Shown: positions 1 through 7,982 of the stretch, piece by piece
How positions within the stretch are numbered: the stretch's first letter is position 1
How the letters are laid out: each line of letters opens with the position of its first letter
From: a virus
Lineage: Duplodnaviria; Caudoviricetes
DNA length: 41,169 bases
IMG/VR virus record: IMGVR_UViG_3300020045_006652
Span: 1-41,169 of that record
Strand: one strand, 5' to 3'
Notes under the pieces: model-generated
The model's database searches: none
The model's input: only the letters and a program-made list of their open reading frames with translations
Told to the model about the DNA's origin: nothing
Program-made: the position numbers and the translations under genes

Positions 1-121
1 CGCTTACGTAAGCGATGAATGTAGCTACTCAAGCGCCAGCAGTCCCAACGAGAAACAGCGATGCGAGGCGTTACGAACTTACCGAGCAACATGTAGTTGC
101 GTATCTTTGGAAGGAATTGGA
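1..121. repeat. Terminal direct repeat, copy 1 (identical to 41049-41169); likely assembly overlap of a circular contig
   Basis: 121-nt exact match between both ends; an ORF continues in frame across the junction. Confidence 0.95.
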
Positions 122-137
122 GTGTTTTTTGTTTCAT
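1..137 (-). CDS. Winged helix-turn-helix protein, N-terminal part (69 aa ORF spanning the junction: 137->1 then 41048->40976)
   Basis: Manual translation MKQKTLQFLPKIRNYMLLGKFVTPRIAVSRWDCWRLSSYIHRLRKRGYKIKTEIVRTKDGKQYAKYSMR; resembles small phage wHTH proteins (HTH_39-like); ATGA overlaps at both ends. Confidence 0.75.
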   Translation of the reverse strand, partial: MKQKTLQFLPKIRNYMLLGKFVTPRIAVSRWDCWRLSSYIHRLRK

Positions 138-1021
138 AGCTTATAAAATCCTGGTAGTTTAGCTTGCATAATTCCGTGAATATTGTCAGCCTCATTGCTA
201 TAGCCTGGCCATTTATTTTGCTCGATTCCACGTGCTATTTTATGCATATGGTATTTTGTTGAGTCCATGCACACCTTAATATCCGAAGTCATGAATTCGT
301 AAATTGTCGCGTTGAATGGTGGGACCTTCTCGACAACCAGCCAGAAATATGAATCTATCCTTTCCATGAGTCCTGAAGCAGTACATCCCATCATTTCAAT
401 ACAAGCCTGCATAGGATAATCATACTTTGCAAGTTCTCTACTGAATGCTTCTGGCGAGCCGTCAATACTTGTCTTTACATTTATCACTACGTTCTTTTTA
501 CGCTTGCAAATGTCAGGGCGTGTTTTGAGCTTTAATCCAGTCTCATCGTCAGTCCAGAATAAAGATAGCTGATATTCAGTATTCTTAATCAAGGCTTGTA
601 TTGTCGAATCCTGATAGCAGGATGAAAGCATTTCTTCGATTGTCTCAAAGCTTTCCGGACCTGTTTCATCTATTACGTATTTACCGGCATTTTCAGCAAG
701 CCATTTATCAGATGCCTCTTTATATAGCTTTGCGGCACGTGGGGATTTAAGGTCAGGATTTGCAGCGGTAGCGATGTCAATAAATTCTTGATCAGGGAAC
801 ACCGCGACTTCCTTCAAATATTCTGCGCTTGATAATAATGCCAATTCGAAAGCATTGCCGAACTGAAAATGTGATTTGTTTTCCTGTACCAATTTGCCAG
901 ACCTATACCAATCGAAGTGCTTTAAAGATTCCTTTGCTTTCTTTATCTGTGTGGCAGAAATATGAGTACGATTAGCATGGTATTCCTTGATTGAAATGTT
1001 ATCGTATATCCCGTCATTCAT
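134..1021 (-). CDS. RecE/exonuclease VIII-like PD-(D/E)XK nuclease (DUF3799-like)
   Basis: EYHAN..ISATQIK, FGNAFE, LFWTDDETGLKLKTRPD..NVKTS, FWLVVEKVPP motifs; start moved to the ATG at 1021. Confidence 0.8.
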   Translation of the reverse strand: MNDGIYDNISIKEYHANRTHISATQIKKAKESLKHFDWYRSGKLVQENKSHFQFGNAFELALLSSAEYLKEVAVFPDQEFIDIATAANPDLKSPRAAKLYKEASDKWLAENAGKYVIDETGPESFETIEEMLSSCYQDSTIQALIKNTEYQLSLFWTDDETGLKLKTRPDICKRKKNVVINVKTSIDGSPEAFSRELAKYDYPMQACIEMMGCTASGLMERIDSYFWLVVEKVPPFNATIYEFMTSDIKVCMDSTKYHMHKIARGIEQNKWPGYSNEADNIHGIMQAKLPGFYKL

Positions 1022-1628
1022 GGTCAAGTGCTTTTGAGTACCTTTCAATCTCTGCCTTTTCCATCAGCGACCCGTCAACCTGGAATGGTATAACGTCCTT
1101 ACGGTTTAGATTGGCTCCAAACAATGCGCCGAAATGATCAGTAGCATCTTTAACTGCAAGTGTCTTTGCAATAGGAAACGCCATCGATATTGCACCGTTG
1201 TTTATATTTGAAAGATCGGCCGGGCTTGTTCCTTTCTTGGTCTGTAGCTGCATGGCACCGATACCATCATGCCAGTCCATTTCGCCGGTGGCGGGGTTAA
1301 GGTAATGAACCCTAACCACCACAAAGACACCATTGAAGGCGGTTCCCTCGCGAAGAACCTCAATTTTGTTTTTCTTAAAACATCGACGTAGCAAGTATTC
1401 GACCTTATCGATAGGTAGATATTTCCATCCTGTAATAACAGGGTGTTCCTTGATCCACTTTTCAGGCGGTGGCGTATTGAGAATGGCGTTCAATCCTTCA
1501 ACCCTTCCGGCCAATTCAATGTTATCATCAAACAGTTCTGCTATTGTCGGAAGCTTAAACTCATGCTTTGCAGGCAATTCACTTGCTTTTATAACCTTTT
1601 CTTTTATTTCTTGTTTCGCTAGTTCCAT
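1014..1628 (-). CDS. Putative single-strand annealing protein (Rad52/Sak-like)
   Basis: Adjacent to the RecE-like gene; YLPIDKVEYLL, WHDGIGA, AVKDATDHFGALFGANLN pattern; start moved to 1628. Confidence 0.6.
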   Translation of the reverse strand: MELAKQEIKEKVIKASELPAKHEFKLPTIAELFDDNIELAGRVEGLNAILNTPPPEKWIKEHPVITGWKYLPIDKVEYLLRRCFKKNKIEVLREGTAFNGVFVVVRVHYLNPATGEMDWHDGIGAMQLQTKKGTSPADLSNINNGAISMAFPIAKTLAVKDATDHFGALFGANLNRKDVIPFQVDGSLMEKAEIERYSKALDHE

Positions 1629-1632
1629 AGGG

Positions 1633-1818
1633 TTACTTATCAAATATGTAGATAACAAAAAGTAATATCAATACAATGCATGCCATAATCCACGCTGGTG
1701 ATAAAACCCACCACCACGACCAATCAATATAGTTCGTTAATTTCAGTACTATAAAAGCTATTAATAGCAAGCCAACGAATCCCACGCCGCCGCTTGAACT
1801 TGAATTGTTTTTGCTCAT
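1633..1818 (-). CDS. Small two-TM phage membrane protein
   Basis: GGVGFVGLLLIAFIVLKLT..IDWSWWWVLSPAW, a recurrent phage membrane family. Confidence 0.7.
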   Translation of the reverse strand: MSKNNSSSSGGVGFVGLLLIAFIVLKLTNYIDWSWWWVLSPAWIMACIVLILLFVIYIFDK

Positions 1819-2015
1819 TACTTAATTCTTTGAATGTTGTCGATTTTGCTACAGTGATTGTCCTGTGAGTAGAGACCTATCCGGTCCTCTTTGTTCAGTT
1901 CGCGGAGCTTATCGTATTCGTCTTGGGCTTTGAACTCGTTGGTCGTTATGGCGAAGTACACATACTCTTCGTTCTGTACTACGGTTATTTCGTAAAGTCT
2001 CTGAATTTTAATCAT
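1818..2015 (-). CDS. Hypothetical protein
   Basis: Coupled ORF in minus-strand operon. Confidence 0.6.
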   Translation of the reverse strand: MIKIQRLYEITVVQNEEYVYFAITTNEFKAQDEYDKLRELNKEDRIGLYSQDNHCSKIDNIQRIK

Positions 2016-2217
2016 TTGGGTTTGGGATTGTGTAGTTTGTTACTTTTCTTACGGCCTTCGTTGCTTCCATCTGAATGGTGATATGCTCAACCTGATCGCG
2101 GGTTAACTTCCTATCGGTAAGCATTGCAATCAGAATGTCGTGTACATCGTTTGTGCAGAAGTTGTATCCGTTTTCTTTTGACTGATCGCACAGGTAGTCT
2201 AATTGTTCTTGGCTCAT
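2008..2217 (-). CDS. Hypothetical protein
   Basis: Overlapping stop/start with neighbours. Confidence 0.6.
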   Translation of the reverse strand: MSQEQLDYLCDQSKENGYNFCTNDVHDILIAMLTDRKLTRDQVEHITIQMEATKAVRKVTNYTIPNPND

Positions 2218-2537
2218 ATTCCGCGTGCTTTATTGATTGCCGACTTTGCATCAACGTACTCTTTAAATGAAGGATCTTTAATAAACCATTCCCAGTATTT
2301 CACTAGGCCATCCAATGCCTCAAGCATTTCAGGGGCAGCAGCGATGATGTTGGCATTAGCTTTCATCTCTTCGTAAGTATCACCACGAACGCCCATAAGA
2401 TCATCATCTGCATCTCCGAAAGTCACAATCGTCCTATCGTCAGGCCCATATCCATTACCATTACCTGCGTCAATACCAAAATAATTACCCATGTTATAAA
2501 CATGCCACGGTCCGGGAGTGTGTTTTGTGTTGCTCAT
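2214..2537 (-). CDS. Conserved phage hypothetical protein (KHTPGPW...ANANIIAAAPEMLEAL family)
   Basis: Recognisable N- and C-terminal motifs of a widespread phage family. Confidence 0.75.
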   Translation of the reverse strand: MSNTKHTPGPWHVYNMGNYFGIDAGNGNGYGPDDRTIVTFGDADDDLMGVRGDTYEEMKANANIIAAAPEMLEALDGLVKYWEWFIKDPSFKEYVDAKSAINKARGI

Positions 2538-2543
2538 ATCGTT

Positions 2544-2759
2544 TTATCTTTTAAAGTTGTCAGAATACTTGTAATTGAGAAGGTCTAAACCTGCGTGAAC
2601 TTCATCCATGAAACCGTTGAAGCCTTGCGGGATTACTGATAAGATGCTAATCTCTTCGACGTGTCCGGCAGGATCTAATTCCAAGTGCACGTCAATGTTA
2701 ATACGGAACTCGTTGTCCGTGTCGTGGCAGATCTCTATTGTTTCTACTGTTTCGCTCAT
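2544..2759 (-). CDS. Hypothetical acidic protein
   Basis: ORF in operon context. Confidence 0.55.
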   Translation of the reverse strand: MSETVETIEICHDTDNEFRINIDVHLELDPAGHVEEISILSVIPQGFNGFMDEVHAGLDLLNYKYSDNFKR

Positions 2760-2761
2760 GG

Positions 2762-3097
2762 CTAATCGTTGTTTGCTCTTTGGTAATCGGGTGTGTTAGG
2801 TGCGCTACATGAGAATGTCATTTGATACTCTGACTCACTTCTGTATATATGTTTTTTAGCAATCATGTAATCAATGTGAGATTGGCAATCATCTAAGTAC
2901 TTAATCCACGCTGGCGATGGATTAATAAAATCTTTAGATGATTTCATGCAGTAATCAATAATCTCAGAAACAGCCTCTCTCCATGTAGTAAGTCCGATGC
3001 GGGTAAAAACAGGAGTTCCGTTTTTGTAAACAGATGCAGTCCAAGTTCCTTCACATGTCCAATGGATGCATTTCGCTATGTTGACTGGTTTTTTCAT
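2762..3097 (-). CDS. Hypothetical protein
   Basis: Start moved to ATG 3097 (MKKPVNI), just after the upstream small ORF. Confidence 0.6.
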   Translation of the reverse strand: MKKPVNIAKCIHWTCEGTWTASVYKNGTPVFTRIGLTTWREAVSEIIDYCMKSSKDFINPSPAWIKYLDDCQSHIDYMIAKKHIYRSESEYQMTFSCSAPNTPDYQRANND

Positions 3098-3101
3098 TGC
3101 T

Positions 3102-3233
3102 CTATTTATTAAGAAGTTGAAAGGCCAGTTCAATACCAAGGCAAATAGTTACGGCCAGCGTTACACCGAACAATACTGAAAGGCCAATGTCTGTAAGCTT
3201 CTCCCGGGTGGTGTGTTTTATTTCTGTTTTCAT
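3102..3233 (-). CDS. Small single-TM protein (43 aa, not in ORF track)
   Basis: MKTEIKHTTREKLTDIGLSVLFGVTLAVTICLGIELAFQLLNK; fills the gap; ATGA overlap with upstream gene. Confidence 0.55.
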   Translation of the reverse strand: MKTEIKHTTREKLTDIGLSVLFGVTLAVTICLGIELAFQLLNK

Positions 3234-3406
3234 TTAATACTCAATTTTATTTTTTGCATCGCTGAATTGTAGGCATGCACATGCTTTACCACACGTTTTG
3301 GACCCATGAACGAATAATAATCCTGAAAATCGTCAGACATATGAGAGGCGGCATCAAATAATGCTCGTAATTCTGCTTGAGTCAACTCAATTTTAACGGT
3401 CTTCAT
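3230..3406 (-). CDS. Hypothetical protein
   Basis: Start moved to 3406 (MKTVKIEL); ATGA overlap. Confidence 0.6.
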   Translation of the reverse strand: MKTVKIELTQAELRALFDAASHMSDDFQDYYSFMGPKRVVKHVHAYNSAMQKIKLSIK

Positions 3407-3591
3407 GACGGCATGTTTTCGCGTGCATGAAGACTGGCCACGTCTACAATTGTGAATCCTTTCCATTCTTCAGTTGAACAAATGAAAAAGTCATTCAGTA
3501 AAAGGTAGGACGTAACATCATCCATAGAAGAGAATCTAAGTCCGTTGCAGATGAACTTTTTACCATCTTTAGGCTGCTTAATTGTTTTCAT
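3403..3591 (-). CDS. Hypothetical protein, first gene of the leftward operon
   Basis: About 30 nt downstream of a consensus promoter. Confidence 0.6.
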   Translation of the reverse strand: MKTIKQPKDGKKFICNGLRFSSMDDVTSYLLLNDFFICSTEEWKGFTIVDVASLHARENMPS

Positions 3592-3622
3592 ATTGTTGTG
3601 TTTTCTTTCTTTTTGAATGTTT

Positions 3623-3653
3623 CAAAGGTATGTAAATTATTTAGTCGTGCAAA
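3623..3653 (-). promoter_or_regulatory. Bacteroidota sigma-A promoter (leftward)
   Basis: TTTG-N19-TACCTTTG on the minus strand. Confidence 0.8.
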
Positions 3654-3694
3654 TTTTATAAAGATAATTTATTTATTATTTTTCGTGTAAATAA

Positions 3695-3726
3695 TTTGGT
3701 GGTTTAAAATAGTCTTGTTTACTTTG
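3695..3726 (+). promoter_or_regulatory. Bacteroidota sigma-A promoter (rightward), probably giving a leaderless mRNA
   Basis: TTTG-N20-TTACTTTG; ATG lies 4 nt after the -7 box. Confidence 0.65.
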
Positions 3727-3730
3727 GGGC

Positions 3731-3913
3731 ATGGCAGGAAGGAAACCAAAGCATGAATTCAACCTATTAGAATTGGGTGAGCGTGCAGTGTTGCGAGGAA
3801 AGGCTAATAAGTACCCATCGCAGTACATCAATCAGTACAATAACAACAAAGAAGGACGTCGCATCAAGCTTGTACGTGAAGACGGAAAGGCTTATGCTGA
3901 ACGTATAAAATGA
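3731..3913 (+). CDS. Small basic putative DNA-binding protein
   Basis: MAGRKPKHEFNLLELGE..., basic 60 aa, first gene of the rightward arm. Confidence 0.55.
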   Translation: MAGRKPKHEFNLLELGERAVLRGKANKYPSQYINQYNNNKEGRRIKLVREDGKAYAERIK

Positions 3914-3993
3914 AGGTGACTGACTCCAAAAAAGTTTTGGGAAACTGGAATGTACAGCGAGAAGGCGAAAGAGTACTTTAGAAATTTACACTT

Positions 3994-4191
3994 ATGAAAC
4001 CAGGCTATATCTATCTTTATCTAAGACCGATGTCAGAATTTAGCACAGAGTTATTTGATCCCGGTGATATAATAGAGTGCATGGAAGTAAATTCAATTTA
4101 CGGATATCATGTTTGTTGTAAGTCTATTGGAAATTGCTCTACTGTTGCCGCAGTTCACTATTCACAAGTATTCGAAATAGGTAAAATTTAA
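3994..4191 (+). CDS. Hypothetical protein
   Basis: ORF track, operon context. Confidence 0.5.
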   Translation: MKPGYIYLYLRPMSEFSTELFDPGDIIECMEVNSIYGYHVCCKSIGNCSTVAAVHYSQVFEIGKI

Positions 4192-4220
4192 TTTCAGGGA
4201 GAGTTTAAACGCTAAGTGAT

Positions 4221-4565
4221 ATGAAAAGAGGTATAAAGGGATTTGTAATTAAATTGAAATACGCATGGTTTGCAATCAGACAAATAAACCGGCCTCACTT
4301 GGGTGATATAGTCATATATAAGAAAACAGAATGCTTCTTAATTCAGGGAGTTATGTCGCCTTATTGGGATCTGTTACCTATTAATGAAATGGTTAAGCAG
4401 AACCAAAGAACGATATGGAAGCATGTTCATGAAAGTGATTTTAAACTTGAACCTATCTGGAAAAGATTCAAAAAATCATTCCTATTTACATACAATTTTT
4501 ACATGGGATACTGGTATACAATTGATTTAATGTATCCAATAACAAAAGGAGTGGGCAATCTATGA
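4221..4565 (+). CDS. Hypothetical protein
   Basis: ATGA overlap with next gene. Confidence 0.6.
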   Translation: MKRGIKGFVIKLKYAWFAIRQINRPHLGDIVIYKKTECFLIQGVMSPYWDLLPINEMVKQNQRTIWKHVHESDFKLEPIWKRFKKSFLFTYNFYMGYWYTIDLMYPITKGVGNL

Positions 4566-4972
4566 TCATCGAATGCCCTCATTGTGGTACTCTTAAAGTC
4601 GAGCGTAACGGCTACTGCGCAACGTTTAATGCAGATCAAAGGAAAGCCGAACGCCAAGCCATAAAGGACGCCAGCAAGGTAAAGAAGCCTATCAAGAAGG
4701 TGAGCGCAAAGCATCGTAAGGAACTAGCGGATTACACGATTCAACGTCGTCAATACCTGGCAGGTCACACAGAATGCGAAGCCAGGGTATCTCCGCAGTG
4801 CGATGGCGATAGTTGCGAGGTGCATCACAGCGCTAAACGAGGCGTAAACCTGCTTAACATCGACACATTCGTAGCGGTATGCAGGCCATGCCATGTATAC
4901 ATAGAGACGGTGATGAGCGCGGAGGATCGCCGGGATAAGGGATTGCTGAAGACAGTTGAAGGAACGATTTGA
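4562..4972 (+). CDS. HNH-type nuclease (NinG/RecJ-accessory-like zinc-binding HNH)
   Basis: CPHC zinc knuckle; CEA..C..CEVHH..N..VAVCRPCH HNH motif. Confidence 0.7.
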   Translation: MIIECPHCGTLKVERNGYCATFNADQRKAERQAIKDASKVKKPIKKVSAKHRKELADYTIQRRQYLAGHTECEARVSPQCDGDSCEVHHSAKRGVNLLNIDTFVAVCRPCHVYIETVMSAEDRRDKGLLKTVEGTI

Positions 4973-4993
4973 AAACAATAATAAAAACCAATC

Positions 4994-5206
4994 ATGAAAA
5001 CAACATTCACTTTACTAATCGCCATGCTTATGGCAGTGGCTATCAGCTCAGAAACAACAGCCAGCGAAGAACAGGCTCAATTAAACCCGAGTCTGGGATG
5101 TACTAGTTGGGTTGTATACGGTTCTCAATACCGTAGAACATGCTGCACTCAATTCGGTATGGGAACTTTCTGTTACTATGAGTACAAGCCGCTTAATACG
5201 AATTAG
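4994..5206 (+). CDS. Small secreted Cys-rich peptide
   Basis: Signal-like N-terminus MKTTFTLLIAMLMAVAISS; four Cys in the mature part. Confidence 0.6.
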   Translation: MKTTFTLLIAMLMAVAISSETTASEEQAQLNPSLGCTSWVVYGSQYRRTCCTQFGMGTFCYYEYKPLNTN

Positions 5207-5215
5207 AAAGATATG

Positions 5216-5288
5216 AAAGCTTGGGCGTTTTTGCGAATGAAATGACATTCAACCAGGAGGATCATAGGAACCTGCCGCCCAAAGCTTT
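5216..5288 (+). ncRNA. Candidate three-way-junction structured RNA
   Basis: AAAGCTTGGGCG/CGCCCAAAGCTTT outer stem enclosing GAATG/CATTC and CAGG/CCTG hairpins. Confidence 0.4.
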
Positions 5289-5307
5289 TATTTATAAAAC
5301 CAACGAT

Positions 5308-5520
5308 ATGAAGACAAAGGAAGAAATTTTGAAAGAAATTGGACTTGGGCTATCAATCATTCATTCATCAAAGGGTAGTTTTTCAACATTTGACGCAATG
5401 CAAGCCTACTCCGATGATCAGCTAGAGGCGTATAAGGCGAAGCTGAAAGAAAAGGTTAAAGCCTCTGGGCTTTCAGGATTATCGAAAGCTGCCGTTTACG
5501 CTTTAATTAATTCGATATGA
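5308..5520 (+). CDS. Hypothetical protein
   Basis: Start moved to ATG 5308 (MKTKEEIL...AMQAY), a pattern seen in Bacteroidota phage small proteins. Confidence 0.6.
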   Translation: MKTKEEILKEIGLGLSIIHSSKGSFSTFDAMQAYSDDQLEAYKAKLKEKVKASGLSGLSKAAVYALINSI

Positions 5521-5876
5521 AAGAACTCAAGGACTACATACACCTTTACATAGGATCGAAAGTATCAACTATTCATCCAGCTTTGTTCAATGGTAAGGCG
5601 CATGAGCTTACCATCTCAATCAACAACCTGTACGAAATAATTTACAAGTATCAAGACTCAAAGTTGATCCTTCGCCGACTATCAGACATGACGGATGAGG
5701 AAGCAACGGAATACTTTTCTGTGTGTTCATTGGGGCCGGGAGATTACATTGGTGGAGGTCCACAATGGATACCTATTTCCGCACGGAGTACACATTGGCT
5801 ACTCTCAAAATCGTTCGACCTTTTCGGACTCATCGACGCCGGACTTGCTATTGACCGTAAACTAACAACAGTATGA
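5517..5876 (+). CDS. Conserved Bacteroidota phage hypothetical protein
   Basis: LILRRLSDMTDEEA and WLLSKSFDLFGLIDAGLAID motifs. Confidence 0.7.
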   Translation: MKELKDYIHLYIGSKVSTIHPALFNGKAHELTISINNLYEIIYKYQDSKLILRRLSDMTDEEATEYFSVCSLGPGDYIGGGPQWIPISARSTHWLLSKSFDLFGLIDAGLAIDRKLTTV

Positions 5877-6082
5877 GCGACTTAGACTTAAGTGTATTGA
5901 AGTATTACAAGGAAGGGAAGGAGTTGTGTGGATTTGAAAAAGTTCACGATTCACTGTGTAACAATGGTTATCTCGATTCTGATTTAGAGTTAACCAACAA
6001 AGGGATGGAGTTTATCAGAACGTATCCGGACTGGAGTAATGTCAAAGCCTTCAAAAACACAACATACATTTCAATTTATTAA
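5873..6082 (+). CDS. Hypothetical protein (possible winged-helix fragment)
   Basis: GYLD..ELTNKG; flanked by a 15-bp direct repeat. Confidence 0.55.
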   Translation: MSDLDLSVLKYYKEGKELCGFEKVHDSLCNNGYLDSDLELTNKGMEFIRTYPDWSNVKAFKNTTYISIY

Positions 6083-6086
6083 CAGT

Positions 6087-6317
6087 ATGAGCGACAAGAC
6101 AGGGAATATAAAACATGTTAAGACTTGCAGAGATGGCGGAAGTATCTTATTGGAATATATGGGTTCTCTTTACTTCGTTGATCGTGGCATTGCATCGCCT
6201 ACCTGGGGAGATATTTTTGGTTGGTCGGATGGACAACGAGGCGTTAAGGTTAACCATATCCTTGAGAATCGAATTAAAGAAGCCTGGAAAAAATCATTTA
6301 AAACACAACTTCCATGA
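6087..6317 (+). CDS. Hypothetical protein
   Basis: Start moved to 6087 (MSDKTGN); ATGA overlap downstream. Confidence 0.55.
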   Translation: MSDKTGNIKHVKTCRDGGSILLEYMGSLYFVDRGIASPTWGDIFGWSDGQRGVKVNHILENRIKEAWKKSFKTQLP

Positions 6318-6928
6318 CCAACCCCTATCTATACAACAACGCCGGTAAGCTACAGGTATTTGATATGCCTGTTAAGCTTTGTACTGATTTTAATGATTGT
6401 CCGCTCACAAACTGTAATTGCCGAAAAGCAATCGAAACCGCCAAGGCTGCTGATATTGATGTGGTGAACGCTGAATTATCTGTTTTTTCGGATAGTGGAT
6501 TATGGCGTATTAGAATCCAAGAATTACAATTCATTTCAAGGCTAGTGAAGCCCTGCGAATACATCCGCTTACCTGATGGGTTTGAGCCGGTGTTTGGGTA
6601 TCAGTACCACACATCAGAAAGGTATTACGGAAATAAAGCGGATTGGACTGATTGCACAAAAGCTCAGTTTGAAGCAGTCAAATCAATGCATGGCTCGAGA
6701 ACTAGACAAGTCGCCCGTATCATCACCAAGCCGGTTGAGAAAGAATGCATTCACCAATTCGAAGGCGAGGTAATTGAGGGCGCTGAAAGGTGTTTCAAAT
6801 GTGGAGACGCTAAAGTTGACCCTATCAAAGAAGAGTCACAGGAGGAGATGTTCAGAGAATTATACAATTGTATTGTCTTGGGGGGATGGAAAGAGGCATC
6901 TAAACGATTCACAATAACCCGTAGATAG
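6314..6928 (+). CDS. Hypothetical Cys-containing protein
   Basis: 204 aa with Cys clusters (C..C..CNC; C.H..C..C). Confidence 0.6.
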   Translation: MTNPYLYNNAGKLQVFDMPVKLCTDFNDCPLTNCNCRKAIETAKAADIDVVNAELSVFSDSGLWRIRIQELQFISRLVKPCEYIRLPDGFEPVFGYQYHTSERYYGNKADWTDCTKAQFEAVKSMHGSRTRQVARIITKPVEKECIHQFEGEVIEGAERCFKCGDAKVDPIKEESQEEMFRELYNCIVLGGWKEASKRFTITRR

Positions 6929-6929
6929 T

Positions 6930-7334
6930 ATGGAAGACAACTATGACATTAAAACAGTATGCGCAAAGTGTGGAGGCGCTGGAAAATATAAGCCTAGTGA
7001 ATCTTTTGAAGACTTCATTCAATGTAGCTGCACCATTAAATCGATAAACAACGATTCAGATAAGGAACATCAGAGCGATAGAAGTAATTCAAAAAACCCC
7101 TGGTTTGAAAAGTATCCATCACTTAATTACGAAGCTCTATCATATAAGATTTATCCAAAATCACCGGATGATTGGTCTGTAGAGCGCGCTTTGTTTTTAG
7201 AACATTGTGAATTTATACAAAAGAATATGCATCTGTTTACCGCTGGCGCTAACTATGGTAAAGACCTATCAGGTAAGGAAGAATACAATAGGGCACTGGA
7301 TGATGCAGAGCGAAGTGGAGGAATTACTACCTGA
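6930..7334 (+). CDS. Hypothetical protein with N-terminal zinc finger; may continue by frameshift to 7425
   Basis: CAKCGGAG..CSC; ends YNRALDDA-ERSGGITT. Confidence 0.55.
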   Translation: MEDNYDIKTVCAKCGGAGKYKPSESFEDFIQCSCTIKSINNDSDKEHQSDRSNSKNPWFEKYPSLNYEALSYKIYPKSPDDWSVERALFLEHCEFIQKNMHLFTAGANYGKDLSGKEEYNRALDDAERSGGITT

Positions 7335-7421
7335 AGATGACTCTAATCCTGTAATGGTACTCGCTGACGCTCAAGTACATATAGCTAAATCAATCGACAA
7401 ATGCCGTAAACTAATAGACGA

Positions 7422-7625
7422 ATGAAAGGAAAAGACAAAGAAGCTTGGATTGAGTATCTTAATGACTTGATCAGGCGCGGAGAAGTCCGTATAATCGAAT
7501 CTTTAATTGAAGATGAGCCTTCAATTTGTAGGCCCGAGCCACTCTATACGACATATAGATGCACCTTTGAAATAAGGGTATCTAAAGATACATCCAAAGT
7601 TCCAGATAATACGCTGCTCCGGTAG
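7422..7625 (+). CDS. Hypothetical protein
   Basis: ATGA overlap with the 7207-7425 frame. Confidence 0.5.
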   Translation: MKGKDKEAWIEYLNDLIRRGEVRIIESLIEDEPSICRPEPLYTTYRCTFEIRVSKDTSKVPDNTLLR

Positions 7626-7686
7626 TTGCGGCTGCTCATCATGGATATGCAAAACATGCATCAAAATTGTTAAATCGAATTGAAAA

Positions 7687-7944
7687 ATGGAGTTATACAA
7701 CTTTTTCACAATACCAAAATCTGATAGACATGATCTAAATAAAGCATTATTGTCATTAAAGGATTGTTGCCATTTTGTTCATATGGTAGAGAAAAATGGC
7801 GAATACTCAATTATTGGTCAAATCTATGGCGATGATACAAACATGGGAGATTTAGATCTATTGTTAATCCTATCGGATATACCGCATGTGTGGTTTGACG
7901 CCAGAATGCCAACTATCAATAGTATAAAAACATCAAAATTGTGA
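7687..7944 (+). CDS. Hypothetical protein
   Basis: A-rich start context, 85 aa. Confidence 0.55.
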   Translation: MELYNFFTIPKSDRHDLNKALLSLKDCCHFVHMVEKNGEYSIIGQIYGDDTNMGDLDLLLILSDIPHVWFDARMPTINSIKTSKL

Positions 7945-7970
7945 AAGCAAGCTGAAAACGGGTAAATTTG
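7939..7970 (+). promoter_or_regulatory. Bacteroidota promoter upstream of the tRNA-like RNA and packaging operon
   Basis: TTG-N21-TAAATTTG. Confidence 0.65.
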
Positions 7971-7982
7971 AATTGATGATAT

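Noticed and set aside
1-121. Biological terminal repeat of the virion DNA
   Set aside because: The repeat cuts through a gene, has a k-mer-like length, and the terminase is of a type usually linked to headful packaging; more likely an assembly overlap
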